A stretch of 64,000 nucleotides of DNA from Camelus dromedarius (Eukaryota): NCBI RefSeq assembly GCF_036321535.1, contig NC_087443.1, forward strand, positions 15,562,001-15,626,000, given 5' to 3'. Each line of letters begins with the position of its first letter. Position 1 is the stretch's first letter. This document shows positions 48,128-60,224 of this stretch, in pieces. The notes below the pieces were generated by a model that worked only from the letters and a program-made list of their open reading frames with translations, did no database searches and was not told the origin of the DNA. A program made the position numbers and the translations under genes.

Positions 48128-51100
48128 CTCACCTTCTGCCTTCAAGAACTATACTCTGGCCCTGGGCTGCTCTGGACGTGCCAATTTTTTTTTTTTTTTT
48201 TTTTTTTTTTTATCAGTAGCTATCGTTTGCAGATGTGGGGCCTGGGGGTCTCCTGCTCTCCCTGGTTCTGGAGTCAGAAGGACTCCCGAGAACCCTCTGT
48301 GGGCTGCAGCTGGGGCCTTCTGCAGCTACAGGCCATGTCCCAGTGGGAAGGGGCTGGACTTGGAGTCTGCGCCCCTCCTGGCTGTGGCTGTGTGGCCTTG
48401 GGCAGGTCACTTTGCCCCTGTGGGCCTCTGTCTTCCTGTCTCCAGATGAAAATGCTCAGAGCGCCACCTTGTCAGGAGGACAGGCAGAAAGACAAGACTC
48501 AGAACAGACATGGGGTGGCTCAGTCCTGCCCCAAATGTCAAGGTCCCCGTCTTGCTGGTTCTCAGGGATTCCAGGAAAGGATGGCCAGTTAGCCAGTGTA
48601 CTTCCCGGGTGCAGGATCAGCACCCCCACACCCATCTGCAGATCTTGTCCCTCTGGCCAGACGCAAGGAGGCCCCACAGATCCTTCTGTGGCACCTGCTG
48701 TCCCCTGGACAGCACTGGTGAACAAGTGCCAACTTCAGCCCTGACTTTTGGCCACTGGCCAAGCGGTCAGGAAAGCAGGCCACTCGCTGTCACCACTGAC
48801 AGGCCAGGCAGCCGTGGTGACAAGGGGCGTGTGTGCGAGGGGTGCTTTCTGATGGGCGGTGGGCCGCGTGCCCCGCATTTGTCTCCCAGCCTTGTCTGAC
48901 TGTCTTCTCAGGATGTTCCTGTGTTTATGAGAGCGTGTTTATTTCCAGAAGCCTTCTGGGCAGTGTGAGCTTCAGCATTAATCACCCAGCCACCATCTCA
49001 CAGGATCCCAGCAGGATGCGCGCTCCCAGTTGCCAACCCCCTCGCCCCCGGTCCTCAGCATGGTTCTCGAGGCACTGGCAGTCTGTGCTCTGACTCGGTT
49101 ACCCCCGTCCTTCCCCTTGGCGAACAAGCCTGGATTATTCCAGCCCAGAGCCCCCTGTTCCATTTGTGAAGTCCAACCTGGAGGCTGAGCCAGCAGCCCC
49201 ACCACTGCCTGTTCTCCTGTGCCACAGAAGCCCCAGGTGACCCACTGGCCTTGAAATGCCTGATCTGCAGGGCTGGGTAGAGGCATGGCTGCTTTGCTGA
49301 CCCCAGACAGTTAGGACCTGAATTCGGGGAGGTCCTGGGGGCTGGCTGGACTCTGAGAGTGCAGGGCTGGACCTTGGAGGGCCACTGGGACCAATCCCGC
49401 CCTCCACGGATGCGGAAACAGAGGCCTGTGGTTTGGACATGTATGCTAGCCGTTTTTTATTGTCTGTTTTCTGACACTTTGACATCTGGGTCCCACTGAC
49501 CCTGGAGGGGCTGCCCCTCCCAGGGCTAGTCAGTTCCTAGAGACAGTAGAAGATGCCAGTGAGCACACCCAGGGCGGGGACAGACAAGTAGGGGCAGCCC
49601 CTCCACCCAGAGATGCTGATTCCTCCCACCTGCTAGTCCTGCCTCCCTGTTGCTCGCCATGGAAACCACAGGAGAGGCTCTTGCCCACTTTTTCCCCTCC
49701 CCTGCCTCCTGACCCGCGAGGGCCCTGCTGATGCTCCTCCAAGGGCAGTGCCCCATCTGCACGGATGCTTCTCAGCCCAGCCAGGGCCCAGTGGTCCAAG
49801 TGAGCCCACTTTGTGCGAGGCCAGGCTGCCACTGACTTCAAGACTTCAGAAAGACATCTCAGATGCGAAGGGACCCATCACAGGAATGTCCATATGTTTT
49901 TCCTTCTAAGCCATGACTCAGGAGTAAAAGCAAAATAACATTGTGTTCAGATCCAAGAGACTCAGAGAGTTTGCCGCTGTCAGGCTGTCACTGAGAGTGA
50001 GGACGGTTGGATTGAAGGAAGAAATGAACGAATCCCAGAAGGAACGAGTGGAGCGTGAGACACGAGGTGGGGAAATGGGTGAGGGCAGGTCTGTCTGACA
50101 GTCATGACTGTGTAAATCAAGCATCGGGGGTTAGTAAGAACGATTATCATGAGTAATGAGAAGGCAAAAACCTCTGTGGTTCGGTGTTGTGTCCTGGCCA
50201 TCACCGGCCACCCTACCAGGGCTCAGGAAGCCTGAGCTGAGGTAGAAAGGGCAGAAAAATACCTATATACTAGTCACTCACATCCATCTGTGTAAGAAGA
50301 ATTGTGCACCATGAACAAGTGGGAAAGATTCCTGGAATGCAGGGTGGCTTCACCCTAGAAAAATGCATGAGTATATACTCCATTCCATTAACAGTGTGAG
50401 GAGAAAAAACAGGATCATCCCAATGAATGCCGAGAAGGAAATGGATGAATTCACCACCATCTTCTGAATTTCATGGAAACATGAGAAATTTAAAGGGTCA
50501 TATACACACAATGTTTTTTTCTTCAATAACTCTAGCCCAACTGGATAATAACAATTTTTAGAAGTATCACAGCATTATATACTGCGTTATAGCACAATAT
50601 CACTTCAAACTGTTCCTCATGCTGTGCGTCAGGTCTTTTAGAGCCTCATCAGAGAAATGGCTCCATTTAGTAGGGATGCTCATTGCAAGAAAAACATGCT
50701 TCCTTTATGCCATCGAATTTAACATAGATTGTTCAGGAGAAACCCCCCCATTATGACAGTCATGCAGAGCGGTATTTCTCCATGTGGTGACTGATTCCTA
50801 AATTCAGTCCCATAGTGGAACTACAGGTCTGTAGGATCTAATATTCTGACTTTGGATCCCTGAGGGAGTCAGAGGTGTCCCCTGAGTCCTAGAGTGGAGA
50901 GCCACACAGCAGGAGAGTCAAGGGGGCCAAAATGAGAACGGAAGTGAGAGCAGATGGTGAGATGTGATGTGGGAGAGCCCTGGGATCATGTGGGTCCTGG
51001 CTGAGGGGCTCTGTGGGAAGGTCTTCAGGAGTAAACGGCCTGGCAGGTGTGGCAGGTGAGGAAGGTGCCTATGTATGATCACCTCCTGTCAGGAAAGCTC

Positions 51101-51825
51101 CAGGAGTGGCCCCATTTCAAATATATTCCCGAACCTGTCCTATCTTCCCTCCCAACTGTATTCACTCAGCAATACGTGTACATCTTCTTGGCCAAGTGCT
51201 GGGCTGGAGATCTGTAATATGCTCAAAACCAGGCATAGACTCTGCTCCCAGGTGGCTGAGCGTTCGTTATACTACAATCCAGGGAAAGCCGTTGTAGGTA
51301 GAGGAGCAGGTAATTGAAATCAAAACCTGTCCCTCTCCCGCAGTTCTTATCATCACTGTTCTTTCTTCTGACACTTTAGGATACACAGGATTGTAGCAAA
51401 GCGCCCCAGGCGAAAGCAGACTCAGTGCTCTGGGGATAGAAGTCGATGCGGACCCACCTTGGCTGTGCTGAGCAGGAGAAATTCCCCGGTGAGTGACTCT
51501 CACCGAGACCTACTGCCCTGCTTCAATTGTCTCCTAGGGATTCAGGGACAACCCCACTGTCCTGTGAGCAGACCTCTTTCTACCCAAATCTACATCACAC
51601 ACACACAAGGCAACATGAATTAAAATATCTCTACTACATTGCACTGATTGTCAAAGTCTTTTATTTAAATAGATATTTACAAACGCAGACGGTTGGAGGG
51701 AGAGAGGAAGGGACAGAGGTGGACACAGATGGGTGCTGGACACAGACTAACACATGTCTGTGTATCCCAAGGGACAACTTCCACTCAGTGGCCAACTTCT
51801 TTTTGTGAATTACAGTGTATTGAGA

Positions 51826-54800
51826 TTAGACCTGAAATGAGATTGAAGGAAAAAACCAAAGCTCTATAGCTTAAAGAAATCCTCACTTTCTAAAACATGT
51901 TCTGAGGGGGGCTAAATTGGGAAGGACCACGTTGGAATGGAACAGTGTTTCTCAGAAGCAGTGACACCCCTCCCTCTGGTGGCCATATGGGAATGGCAAG
52001 TGAGCTGCTGGCTCCATGGATGTCGGACAAACAGGCAACATTCACACAAACACAACATCAGTCTCACTGCTGGAAAAAAACAAACCCTCTAAGATCAAAA
52101 TTCGGGGTTGCCTTCTATGTCCTTGTCTTGATCATGACATGACCGGCCACTTACCAAGGGCGGGGTCTCAGGGAGTGTTGATGGAGGCCCTGAGCTGGGC
52201 ACCGGGTCCACAGCAGACAAGGGAGAGGAGGCCGCTGCCTCACAGGACCTGCAGGGAGAGATTGGGAACATGCTGGGTTCACTTGTCCACATCCCCGCCC
52301 GGTGTGCCTGGTGCAGAGAAGTGAGTGTATCCAAACAAAGACATGTAGGGCACTTTGATGTTTCTATTAACAATAAAACACAAACACAACAGGCCGCAAG
52401 GAATATGTTATCACCTCTAAGAGTAATCCGGAATTGTAAATCACAGACACCTCAAGAACAGTGGGCGTCCCGGGCCTGAAGGCGACGGGAGGCAGCAGAG
52501 CCTGACTGATACTTACAGCGCGTCCCTCTGCTCTGGCTCTGGTGCTGTTGCAGGCAGGAGAGCTGGAGCTGGCTCTCCATCCAGAGGGGCTTCCCCAGCG
52601 GGTTCTGGAGCTGGTGCTGTAGCTCCAAGAAGGGAAACTCTCATCAATAGGACTGCTTTCCCACGTGTCTCCCAAAGCCAGGGGAGCCCTCACTGCTACT
52701 CAATCAACTCTCACTCCCTGACTCCACCCCCAGGGAGTCTTCCCAGACTCTGCTCTGTGGGGTCCAGTGCCTTCCCCTCCCCACCCACCAGATCCCCCAC
52801 CCTGCATCCTGCTCACCATCACTGTCTGCCTCTGGGAGCTCCAGTTGCTCCAGCTGTGCCAGGAGGAGGTGGGCCTGCTGCTCCAGGTCGGAGCCAGGCA
52901 TGCTGAGCTCTACGTAAGCGACAATGGTCTTAAGGCATGGGAATTCTGGAGGCTGGTGGAAATCGTCTGGGTACTGGAACAGCCAGGTGCCCAGGATGGA
53001 GGACATGGCCCTGGGGGTAGTCAGGGGGACACCAGGGTCAGAGGCTTGGCCTTTCCTACCATGCTGGGCTCCCAGGGTAGCCCTGCGGGGACCTGGGCCT
53101 TTTTGCCTTTGGCTCCTGCCCATCCAGAGGCCGGCTCTGCTCCATGTCCCATCTCAGCTGGCAGTGTGGGCAGAGGCGGGCTTGGACACAGAGGAGGGGC
53201 TGCTACCAGCCTTCTGAAGGGACAGCCCTGGCTCAGTGGTGTGACCACCTGTCCACCACTTCAGGGACAACTGTCACACTGCTATGTCCCTCTCCCTGCC
53301 CCTCCCCACTGGATGGCACATCTGTGAGGACAGGCAGGCTGTGCGTTCTGGGCACTGCCCTCTAAGGGACACGGGAGCTGCTCTATCAGTGCCTGAGCCA
53401 GGAGGGAACAGACAGGCTGTGTCGGCCATCCAGGCTGCCCACGGGCCTCCTAACTCCACAGACTTTAGCTCCTGCACCTGCTGGCTGCAGAATCCTCCAG
53501 GGACCCTGCCTGGGTCTCCTTCTGCCCCTGCCACTCAGCATCATCAGGATGGGCTCAGCTGTCCCCTGAGGCTCACTGGGTCCCCTGAGCACCAGCTGAG
53601 TCCCCACCATTGAGGCTCCACAAGATGGTGGGCAGGATGCTCTCCACCCCTTGCATTCTGTGTCTCCCAAAGGGCGTGTGGGCAGGGATGGGATGTGTAG
53701 GGGATGGTTGTGGGTTTTCTTCAGGGTTGACTCTTTCCTCTGACCTCCCAGCTGCCCCTCACAGCACCACAGTCCCATCCACAGCTCTCTGGGTCTCGTC
53801 TCCTCTTTGCCAGGGGAAGCCCTAGGACTTTTGCTCTCAAACCAGACTCACTGGATATGTGGGATCCTGGATTCTGCCCACCTTGGACCAACCAGAGAGC
53901 CCAGAGCTTCACACACTATTTGGGGAAGGAGTCCTTCCCGCTTCAATCCAAAAGACTCACTGTTTCAGCTGGTGCAGGGGTCCCCCGTCCTCTTCCATAA
54001 CAGGGAGGATGCATCCGTATCTAGAGGAGAGCAGGAAGGCGTCACATGGACTGTCCCGAGCACACTAGCTGGATGTGCTGTCTAGTGTGACAGTGTGACA
54101 CCCCAGAGAATGGAAGCCCTGGAGGGCAGGGCTGATGTCTGCTCGATGCATTAAATGATGGTTGTTCCTAGAAAAGCCCCTCGCCCTGGGGGCCCTTCCT
54201 ATACATTGGAGGAATGAGTGAGTGAGCCCACCCGGCCCCACAGCGCACATCTGAGTGGGCCTGGGACCCCACTTGTCCCTCCCAGGGATCCCTGCTCTCA
54301 CTCTCCCAGGACAGGGACAGCTAATGGCGTCACAGATCCCCTTTGAAATGGGAAAACAGTTCCACCCAAGGCCAAAGTCCCAGTGACACAGGAGGCAGAC
54401 GCTAGCTCTTGGGCAGGAGGACAATGACAAATTCGCACAACCACAGCCCCGCCAGCTGCTCTTGCCCTGAGCCAGGTCCCCAGAGAGCACCTTCCGTGAA
54501 GGTCTCCCTCTGATCCTACCCTCCTAGGGCCTGATCCTCTCTTGACCCCAGGGTGCAGGGGGGGAATCTGAGGCTTAGGGATGTAGAGGAACAATGCCTC
54601 ATGGCACTGCTGGTAGGTGGCCAGGTCCCCAATGTCCCATGAAGACAAAGTGCTCAACTTCGGAACAGATGGTCCAGCACCTGCTGGGCGGTGGCAAAAG
54701 TTCGACAATTGCCCAGAAATGTGTTCACATAGGAGGGGTGGCCACCCAGGACGGCAGGCACCAGCTTTGCCACCAGCTTCTCCAGCCTGTGTCGCTGGAG

Positions 54801-56134
54801 GCTTCAAGCCTTGCAGGCTTCATCCCTGCTCCCTGATTGTCCAGCTACACCCTGGGGTGGAAAGTGGAGAGATGTGAATCAGAGGCAGCACCGGGGACCC
54901 CCTGGCACTTGGGGCTGGAGATTAGACCGAATCCTCAAGCCGCAAGCTCTTGTGACTGAGGTGGAACAGGGGAGCCCTGAGCAGATCCAAGGTTCTCGGC
55001 ATCACCAGTACAAGGGGCGAAGGGCGATGATGAAATGCATCAGTGCCTCAGATCCCTGTGTCAGCACCGCAGTGCCGGCCCCTCCCTGCATGCACCACTT
55101 CATCCCCGTGACTGCGGTCACACATCCCATTCTAGGGATGAGAACACAGCGGCTGAGCCTGGGGTGGGTGGGCTCAGGATATTCAGTTTAATGTGGACAC
55201 GTGGGGATGTAGAAGAAACAGGACAACGTGTAGAAAAATGCAGAAACACCCTTGACTGTACATATACTGAAGTTCTGTCCAAGTCTCTTTCTCAGATTTG
55301 GACTCATATGTGGGCACTGACTTTGCGTCTGGCCAAGGAAGGGCCTGGGTTGTGACGGCAGATGGGGGAGACGGGGCATCAGATCCCTTTGCCAGCAGCT
55401 CTCTTAAGAGGCAGCCCAGGGGAGAAGCGGGGCAGCAGTGGGGCCCGGGGCTTCCTGGGTGTGGATTCTCCTCGCTCACACTCACACTGAGCGCGTCCTT
55501 GGCTCTGCTGCTGTCGTGGGGCACCTGCGCCTCCTGCAGGGAGGTGGCGCGGGGTTCTCCATGGACCAGGTCCTGTCCCGTCCCTTGTGTTGAGTCCTGT
55601 AAATACAGTGCCCAGAGGCCAGGCAGCAGCCTCAGAACCCTGTCTGGTTGTCCGACCCATAAGCAATCTCCAGTCCTGACACACATCCACCACTGTCTGC
55701 ACAGACCTCCTTCAGGGGCAGAAAAGCTGACAAAGTGGGAGCCTTGTATTCCCATTGACACAGAGAAGATGCCCCTCAGGGGTCCTCTTTCCCCCTTATC
55801 AGCCCTGTCCTTGGGTGCAGCCATGACAGGACCACCAGGTTACCAAGTGTTCAACAAGCCATTCCTGCCCAGAGGGGACACCTCCTCTCAAGTCCCCCTC
55901 CAGCGACATGGAGATGAGGGAAAGCGGGCCTGCCCAGGGAGGGCCCCCAGTGGAGGCCGGTCCTACACTGGCCTTCTCCAGGCCACCCTGCGTTACCTTA
56001 GGTGACCTGCGCAAAATAGGCCACAGGCGTCTGGGTGGAGGGTTCCACAGACGCCTACAGCCACCGAAGAACCTCGCAGTCCAGGGTTTCCTGGCGGAGA
56101 AGCCCCGGGAGACCGGGAAACAAGAGGAGAACAT
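51826..56134 (-). pseudogene. RALGDS-like: RalGDS-like gene, terminal copy 5, disabled; exons 55997-56134, 55486-55596, 54658-54851, 53961-54020, 52817-53010, 52517-52616, 52155-52248, 51826-51831
   Basis: Exon 3 has TGG->TGA (plus tca at 54804-54806), and its donor is changed GT->TT (plus c->a at 54657). Several missense changes are also present. Confidence 0.8.
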
Positions 56135-56659
56135 CCTGTGTCTTCAACTGTCTCCAGCCAAGTGCGCTGGCTCTGGAGCCGTCACTAGAATGTGGGTGCC
56201 TGGTAACCAGGTTCCATTTCGGTTGGGGTCTGTGAAGGATGTGATGTCACTTCCTGGGGTCCACTTCCTGGAAGCCCCTCCTCAGACAACACCTCCACAC
56301 ACTGCCCTCTGGGCTGCTTGCCTGCTCACGCCCTTCTCCACGTGAACCCGCATCTTGCACAGTTATAGCAGCCCCGCCGTCTCTAGAGCTGCCGGGGAGG
56401 GTCTGCATGCAGCTTTGAGGAGACGCCCTGGCTTCCAGACTCCACCCCTCATACTTACCTGTTCTCCATCCTGGGGAAGTCCTGGTGTGTGTCCAGGCCG
56501 GTGTGTCTCCCCAGCTGCACAGTGGGAATGATTTTAGCAAGTACTTCTAGGGACGTCCTGAGGTGCAAGTGGAATAAGGCCTAAAAAATTGGAGAGTGAT
56601 GTCACCTGGAGGTGTTGCCTGCGACCCAAGTTATCTTCCTCTGACTTCCTCCTCCATTT

Positions 56660-57130
56660 CTGTTCCTCTTCTGATCCTACCTTATAATCCTTATGTAATG
56701 TACAGTGGTGCATTTCTGTCTGTGTTTGTCTTTGTGTGTGTGTGTGTGTGTGTTTCTAAGCCAGTACTCATACTTTGTGTGACCAGCAGAACACTGCTCC
56801 AGAATGGGAGGGATTTGCAAGAGCACCCTGAAGTCTCAGGGTTTCTAATTTCCAAAGCAAACTAAATGAGTGGTCTTAGGCCCTGGCTTGGATTTCAGAG
56901 CTCACAACTGAAGGCCATGCAGGTAGCAGGGCTGAACCTGCGTGCAAAGGCAGTCTGGTTCCACTATGCACACTTATTGCCATGGTGCTGTGGGCAGGGA
57001 AACTGTCCACTTCTCTAGTCAAACTGTCTGCCATCTTAACTTCGGTTGGACATGCAGTGACCTGGGGACACACGGGCTTATGGTGGCTGTCATCACCAGA
57101 CAGACTTGAAAATCTCATTTGCTAGTTGCA
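56660..57130. other. Old diverged paralog of the unit's 9345-9830 segment (5' flank of the RALGDS-like gene)
   Basis: Alignable blocks include aaggccatgcaggtagcagggctg, aaactgtccacttctct, the (TG)n tract and gcaagagca.cctga. Identity is roughly 70% by eye. Confidence 0.8.
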
Positions 57131-57344
57131 TTATGTTCCTGTCTTTAAATACCTCTCCCCAAGACTGAGGCTGGCTGTCAGGTTTTATCCAGGCCCAGTC
57201 CTGGTAGAACCAGAGGTGAGGTCACCAGGAACAAGAGGCTCTTTACTCAGCTGGAGTAGCTCAGCTTTCTTGTAACCCCCTGAGGAGCAGTTTCTCCCAG
57301 TGTCTTCATTATAAAGTGGTCTCAGATTTGCAGTTTGTTTAGAT

Positions 57345-57420
57345 GCCTTGTATCATTTATATCATGTAGTATGTATTCTTGTCTGTCTGACTGACTTCCG
57401 TTAGTATGACTGTCTCTAGG
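57345..57420 (-). mobile_element. Short antisense LINE-1 3' fragment
   Basis: tatcatgtagtatgtattcttgtctgtctgactgacttccgttagtatgactgtctctagg is the reverse complement of the L1 cctagag...atcatactaagtgaagtaagtcagacagag segment. Confidence 0.6.
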
Positions 57421-57429
57421 TTTCCTAGA

Positions 57430-57990
57430 CATACACCCAAATGTTCACAGCAGCACTATGTATGACAGCCAAGACAGAGAAGGAACCTAAATGTTCACTG
57501 ACAGATGAGTGAATAAGGAAGACATCATATATGCACACAATGAAATACTACTCAGCCATAAAAAAGAATGAAGTAATGTCATTTCCAGGAACATGGTTGG
57601 ACATGGTGTTTATCATACTCAGTGAAGTAAGTCAGGCAGAGAAAGACAAATACTTCACTGGTATGTGGAATCTAAAAAAATGATACACATTGACTTATTT
57701 ATAAAACAGAAACAGTCTCACACACATAGAAAACAAACTATGGTTACCAGGATGAAAGTGTTGGTGAGGAGGGTTAAAGTAGGAGTGTGGGATTAGCAGG
57801 TTCACATGACTATACAGAAAACAGATAAACAACAAGGACCACTTTATAGTACAGGAAACTATATCCAGTAACTATTAATAACCTATAATGACAAGAATAT
57901 GAAGAACAATATATATACATGTATAACTGAATCACTGTGCTATACAGCAGGAACTAACACAACACTGTAAACCTGATACACTTCAATAAG
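57430..57990 (+). mobile_element. 5'-truncated cetartiodactyl LINE-1 (ORF2 end + 3'UTR)
   Basis: aatgttcacagcagcacta...tactactcagccataaaaaagaatgaagtaatgtcattt...gtataactgaatcactgtgctatacagcaggaactaacacaacactgtaaa...cttcaataa. Confidence 0.85.
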
Positions 57991-58329
57991 CCATGGGGAT
58001 GGAGAGGGTGCAGGGATCCCAGAGGACACACAGCTGCCCAGCCCTGATGGTGGTGGGGGCTGAAGAATGATGATGGGAGGCCTCCAGGCAGAAGTTCTTC
58101 TGAAGGGAATGAATGGGGAATCATATGATGGGATTGATGGCTTAGCTCATCAGGACCACGGTACCAAGTGACACGGAGAATGGACCAGAACAGGTGAGGA
58201 GGGAAGCTGGTGCCTCCTTGGGAGGCTGTCACAGGAACAGACAGGAGGGAGGGAGTGTGAATGAGGCTGGGCCCAGGCCCTGAGGTGGGGGAGAAGGGGA
58301 AGAATCAGAGGGGGAAGATTGAGGAGAGG

Positions 58330-58520
58330 TGACACTAAGGATCTGGTGATCAGTTAGCCCAGAAGTGGAGGGAGACAAAAGGGAGACAATCCCCAGATTT
58401 CTGGCAGAGGAAACTGGGTGGATGGTGCTGCCATTCCCCACACACAACACACAGAAAGAGCAGGTTGAGGGAAAGATGATGGCTTTCCTTTTGGACGTGA
58501 TGCTAACTTGTCTGTAGGGC
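58330..58520. mobile_element. L2 relic
   Basis: ccccagatttctggcagaggaaactgggtggatggtgctgccattc...ttttggacgtg matches L2 consensus motifs. Confidence 0.6.
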
Positions 58521-58559
58521 TCTGACTCTGAGTCCAGCTGCCTCGTGTCACTGTTAACT

Positions 58560-58660
58560 TTTAGAAATGCAATTTCTCAGGCCCTACCCCAGACCTCTTA
58601 GATCAGGAACTCTCTGGGTGTGTAGGGCGAGCAATCTGGGTGTTAACAAACCCTCCAGCC
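58560..58660. mobile_element. MER5A-like (hAT-Charlie) DNA transposon relic
   Basis: ttagaaatgcaatttctcaggccctaccccagacct...atcaggaactct...agcaatctgggtgttaacaaaccctccag. Confidence 0.7.
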
Positions 58661-59149
58661 CTCCCAGGAAGGGTGTGCTGGTCAGTGTTTAACAACTCAT
58701 TCCTGGGGAGAGGGTAGGAGCCCTGATTTTAGTGTCTGCCAACTCAGTGGTGGGAACCATCCCACCACAGTTGACTTCTAGCCACTCATCTGACTTCAGA
58801 CCGAGTTGAGAAGAGACACAGCAATTGTCACCCTCAGGCAGCATGGTAGCTCCAAGTGGTTGTGCTGTGAACCTGGGGCCCCAGGACCACTGCTGGAGGC
58901 CAACTGCATGAACGTATCTACTAGGAAGGCAGATGTGTGGGCGTAAAGCTCGAGAGGGAGGACCTGGGGTGCAGAAGGTGTTTGGGAGACATCAGCGGAG
59001 ATATTAACTCTGACCAGGTCAACACAGGGACACAAACATGAGTAATGAGCCTTGCTTACTGCCTTGAAAGAGTGTGCAGTCACTCAGACAGAAAGACAAA
59101 GAACCAACCATTGCAGAGAGAATGGCAGAAGTGCCGAGGGGGTGAGCCC

Positions 59150-59300
59150 CTCAACCTGGGAGGTTTCCTGGAGGAGGTGGCAGGACCTGGGTTTTCAAAC
59201 ACAGGAAGGGAATTAGGCAGGTAGAGAAGACGGAGGCCAGTGTCCCAGGCAGAAGGGAAGGCAGAGGGGAGAAAAGAACCATCAATGTCCAGGGGCTGCA
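59150..59300. mobile_element. L2 relic
   Basis: ggaggtttcctggaggaggtggc...cccaggcagaaggga resembles the L2 3' region. Confidence 0.5.
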
Positions 59301-59524
59301 TGGGGGTGAGCACGGCTGATGGGAAGGGTGTGCACTGTCATGACAGAGGGGGAGGCCAGGGAAGTCAGGACCAGGATGGAACTTGTCTCAAGAGTGCAGA
59401 AATTAAACTTTATTTTCAAACCTATGAGCAATGGGTAAAGAATTGAAAGGAGTGGGGGCCTATGATCAAAACTGAAAGGTCATGCAACCTCCTTAATCAT
59501 CATGCTCTATTTACTATGAAATAG

Positions 59525-59680
59525 CTTCTGCTCTTCAAACACATCAAGCTATTTTTCACCTCCAGGCCTCTTTGTGCACACTTCTATCTGCCTGGGAACC
59601 TCTTACACTAGCTCACCTCTGGGTTGACTTCGACAAAGTTCCACCCAAGTGTCACCTCCTCCGAAGGGCCCTCTGGGGCC
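59525..59680. mobile_element. L2 relic
   Basis: ctcttcaaacacatcaagct...ccaggcctctttg...tctgcctgggaacctctt...aagtgtcacctcctccgaagggccct. Confidence 0.55.
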
Positions 59681-60224
59681 ATGACAGGAGTTAGAACAGG
59701 CCCCCTCAGTTCTCTCCATCACAGGGCCTCCTCCAGTTCCTTGTGAGAACTGGCATGAATCACAAGCTACAAGGATCTTAGTGGTTTCTGTGACTGAGTT
59801 TAAAATGTGTGCATTTCGACTACAATGTCAAAAGGAAAAACCCACTTGATTTCCCACAAATGAAAAAAAAAATTAATTGTGTTTAATGGCATTGAACTTT
59901 GCTCTCAAGGCCCTATTATAATGTTCTCCTAGCTCAGGATACTTGGTCCAATTTAGTAGGTATTTTTCAGAACTGCTTAAATGTTCTCTGCCCAGTTTAG
60001 AGTTTGACATCAATTTTAACAAAAACCCTCAGTTACTCAAGGTGTCTTCATATTCCTCTTCCCTTGTCTTCCCTTCCAATGGGCCCCTTAGGCACAGGGG
60101 AAGCTCACACACCACAATCCTTGGAAGGGGGACTGGAGAGGGAAAGGCCTGATGTGCTACTTCTGGATGCCAGCCTGTAACCTCTGACAGCCTCAGCTGC
60201 AGTGAGGAGGGGCAGGGCTTCCAA

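Larger units (their letters stand above)
1..56660. repeat. Gene-bearing tandem macrosatellite / ampliconic array, ~11.83-kb unit, ~4.8 copies in the window (continues off the left edge)
   Basis: The sequence at position 1 recurs at 11828, 23653, 35483 and 47317 (periods 11827, 11825, 11830, 11834). Every ORF in the track repeats with these offsets. Units differ only by scattered SNVs and simple-repeat lengths. Near-identity ends at ~56657-56670. Confidence 0.98.

Noticed and set aside
1-56660. CRISPR-like array, prophage, or rDNA/snRNA repeat interpretation
   Set aside because: There is no short repeat-spacer structure and no cas, viral, rRNA or snRNA sequence. The content is spliced mammalian genes and mammalian transposons.
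58670-58830. Possible hAT (MER63-like) relic
   Set aside because: The resemblance is too weak to name without a Dfam search.
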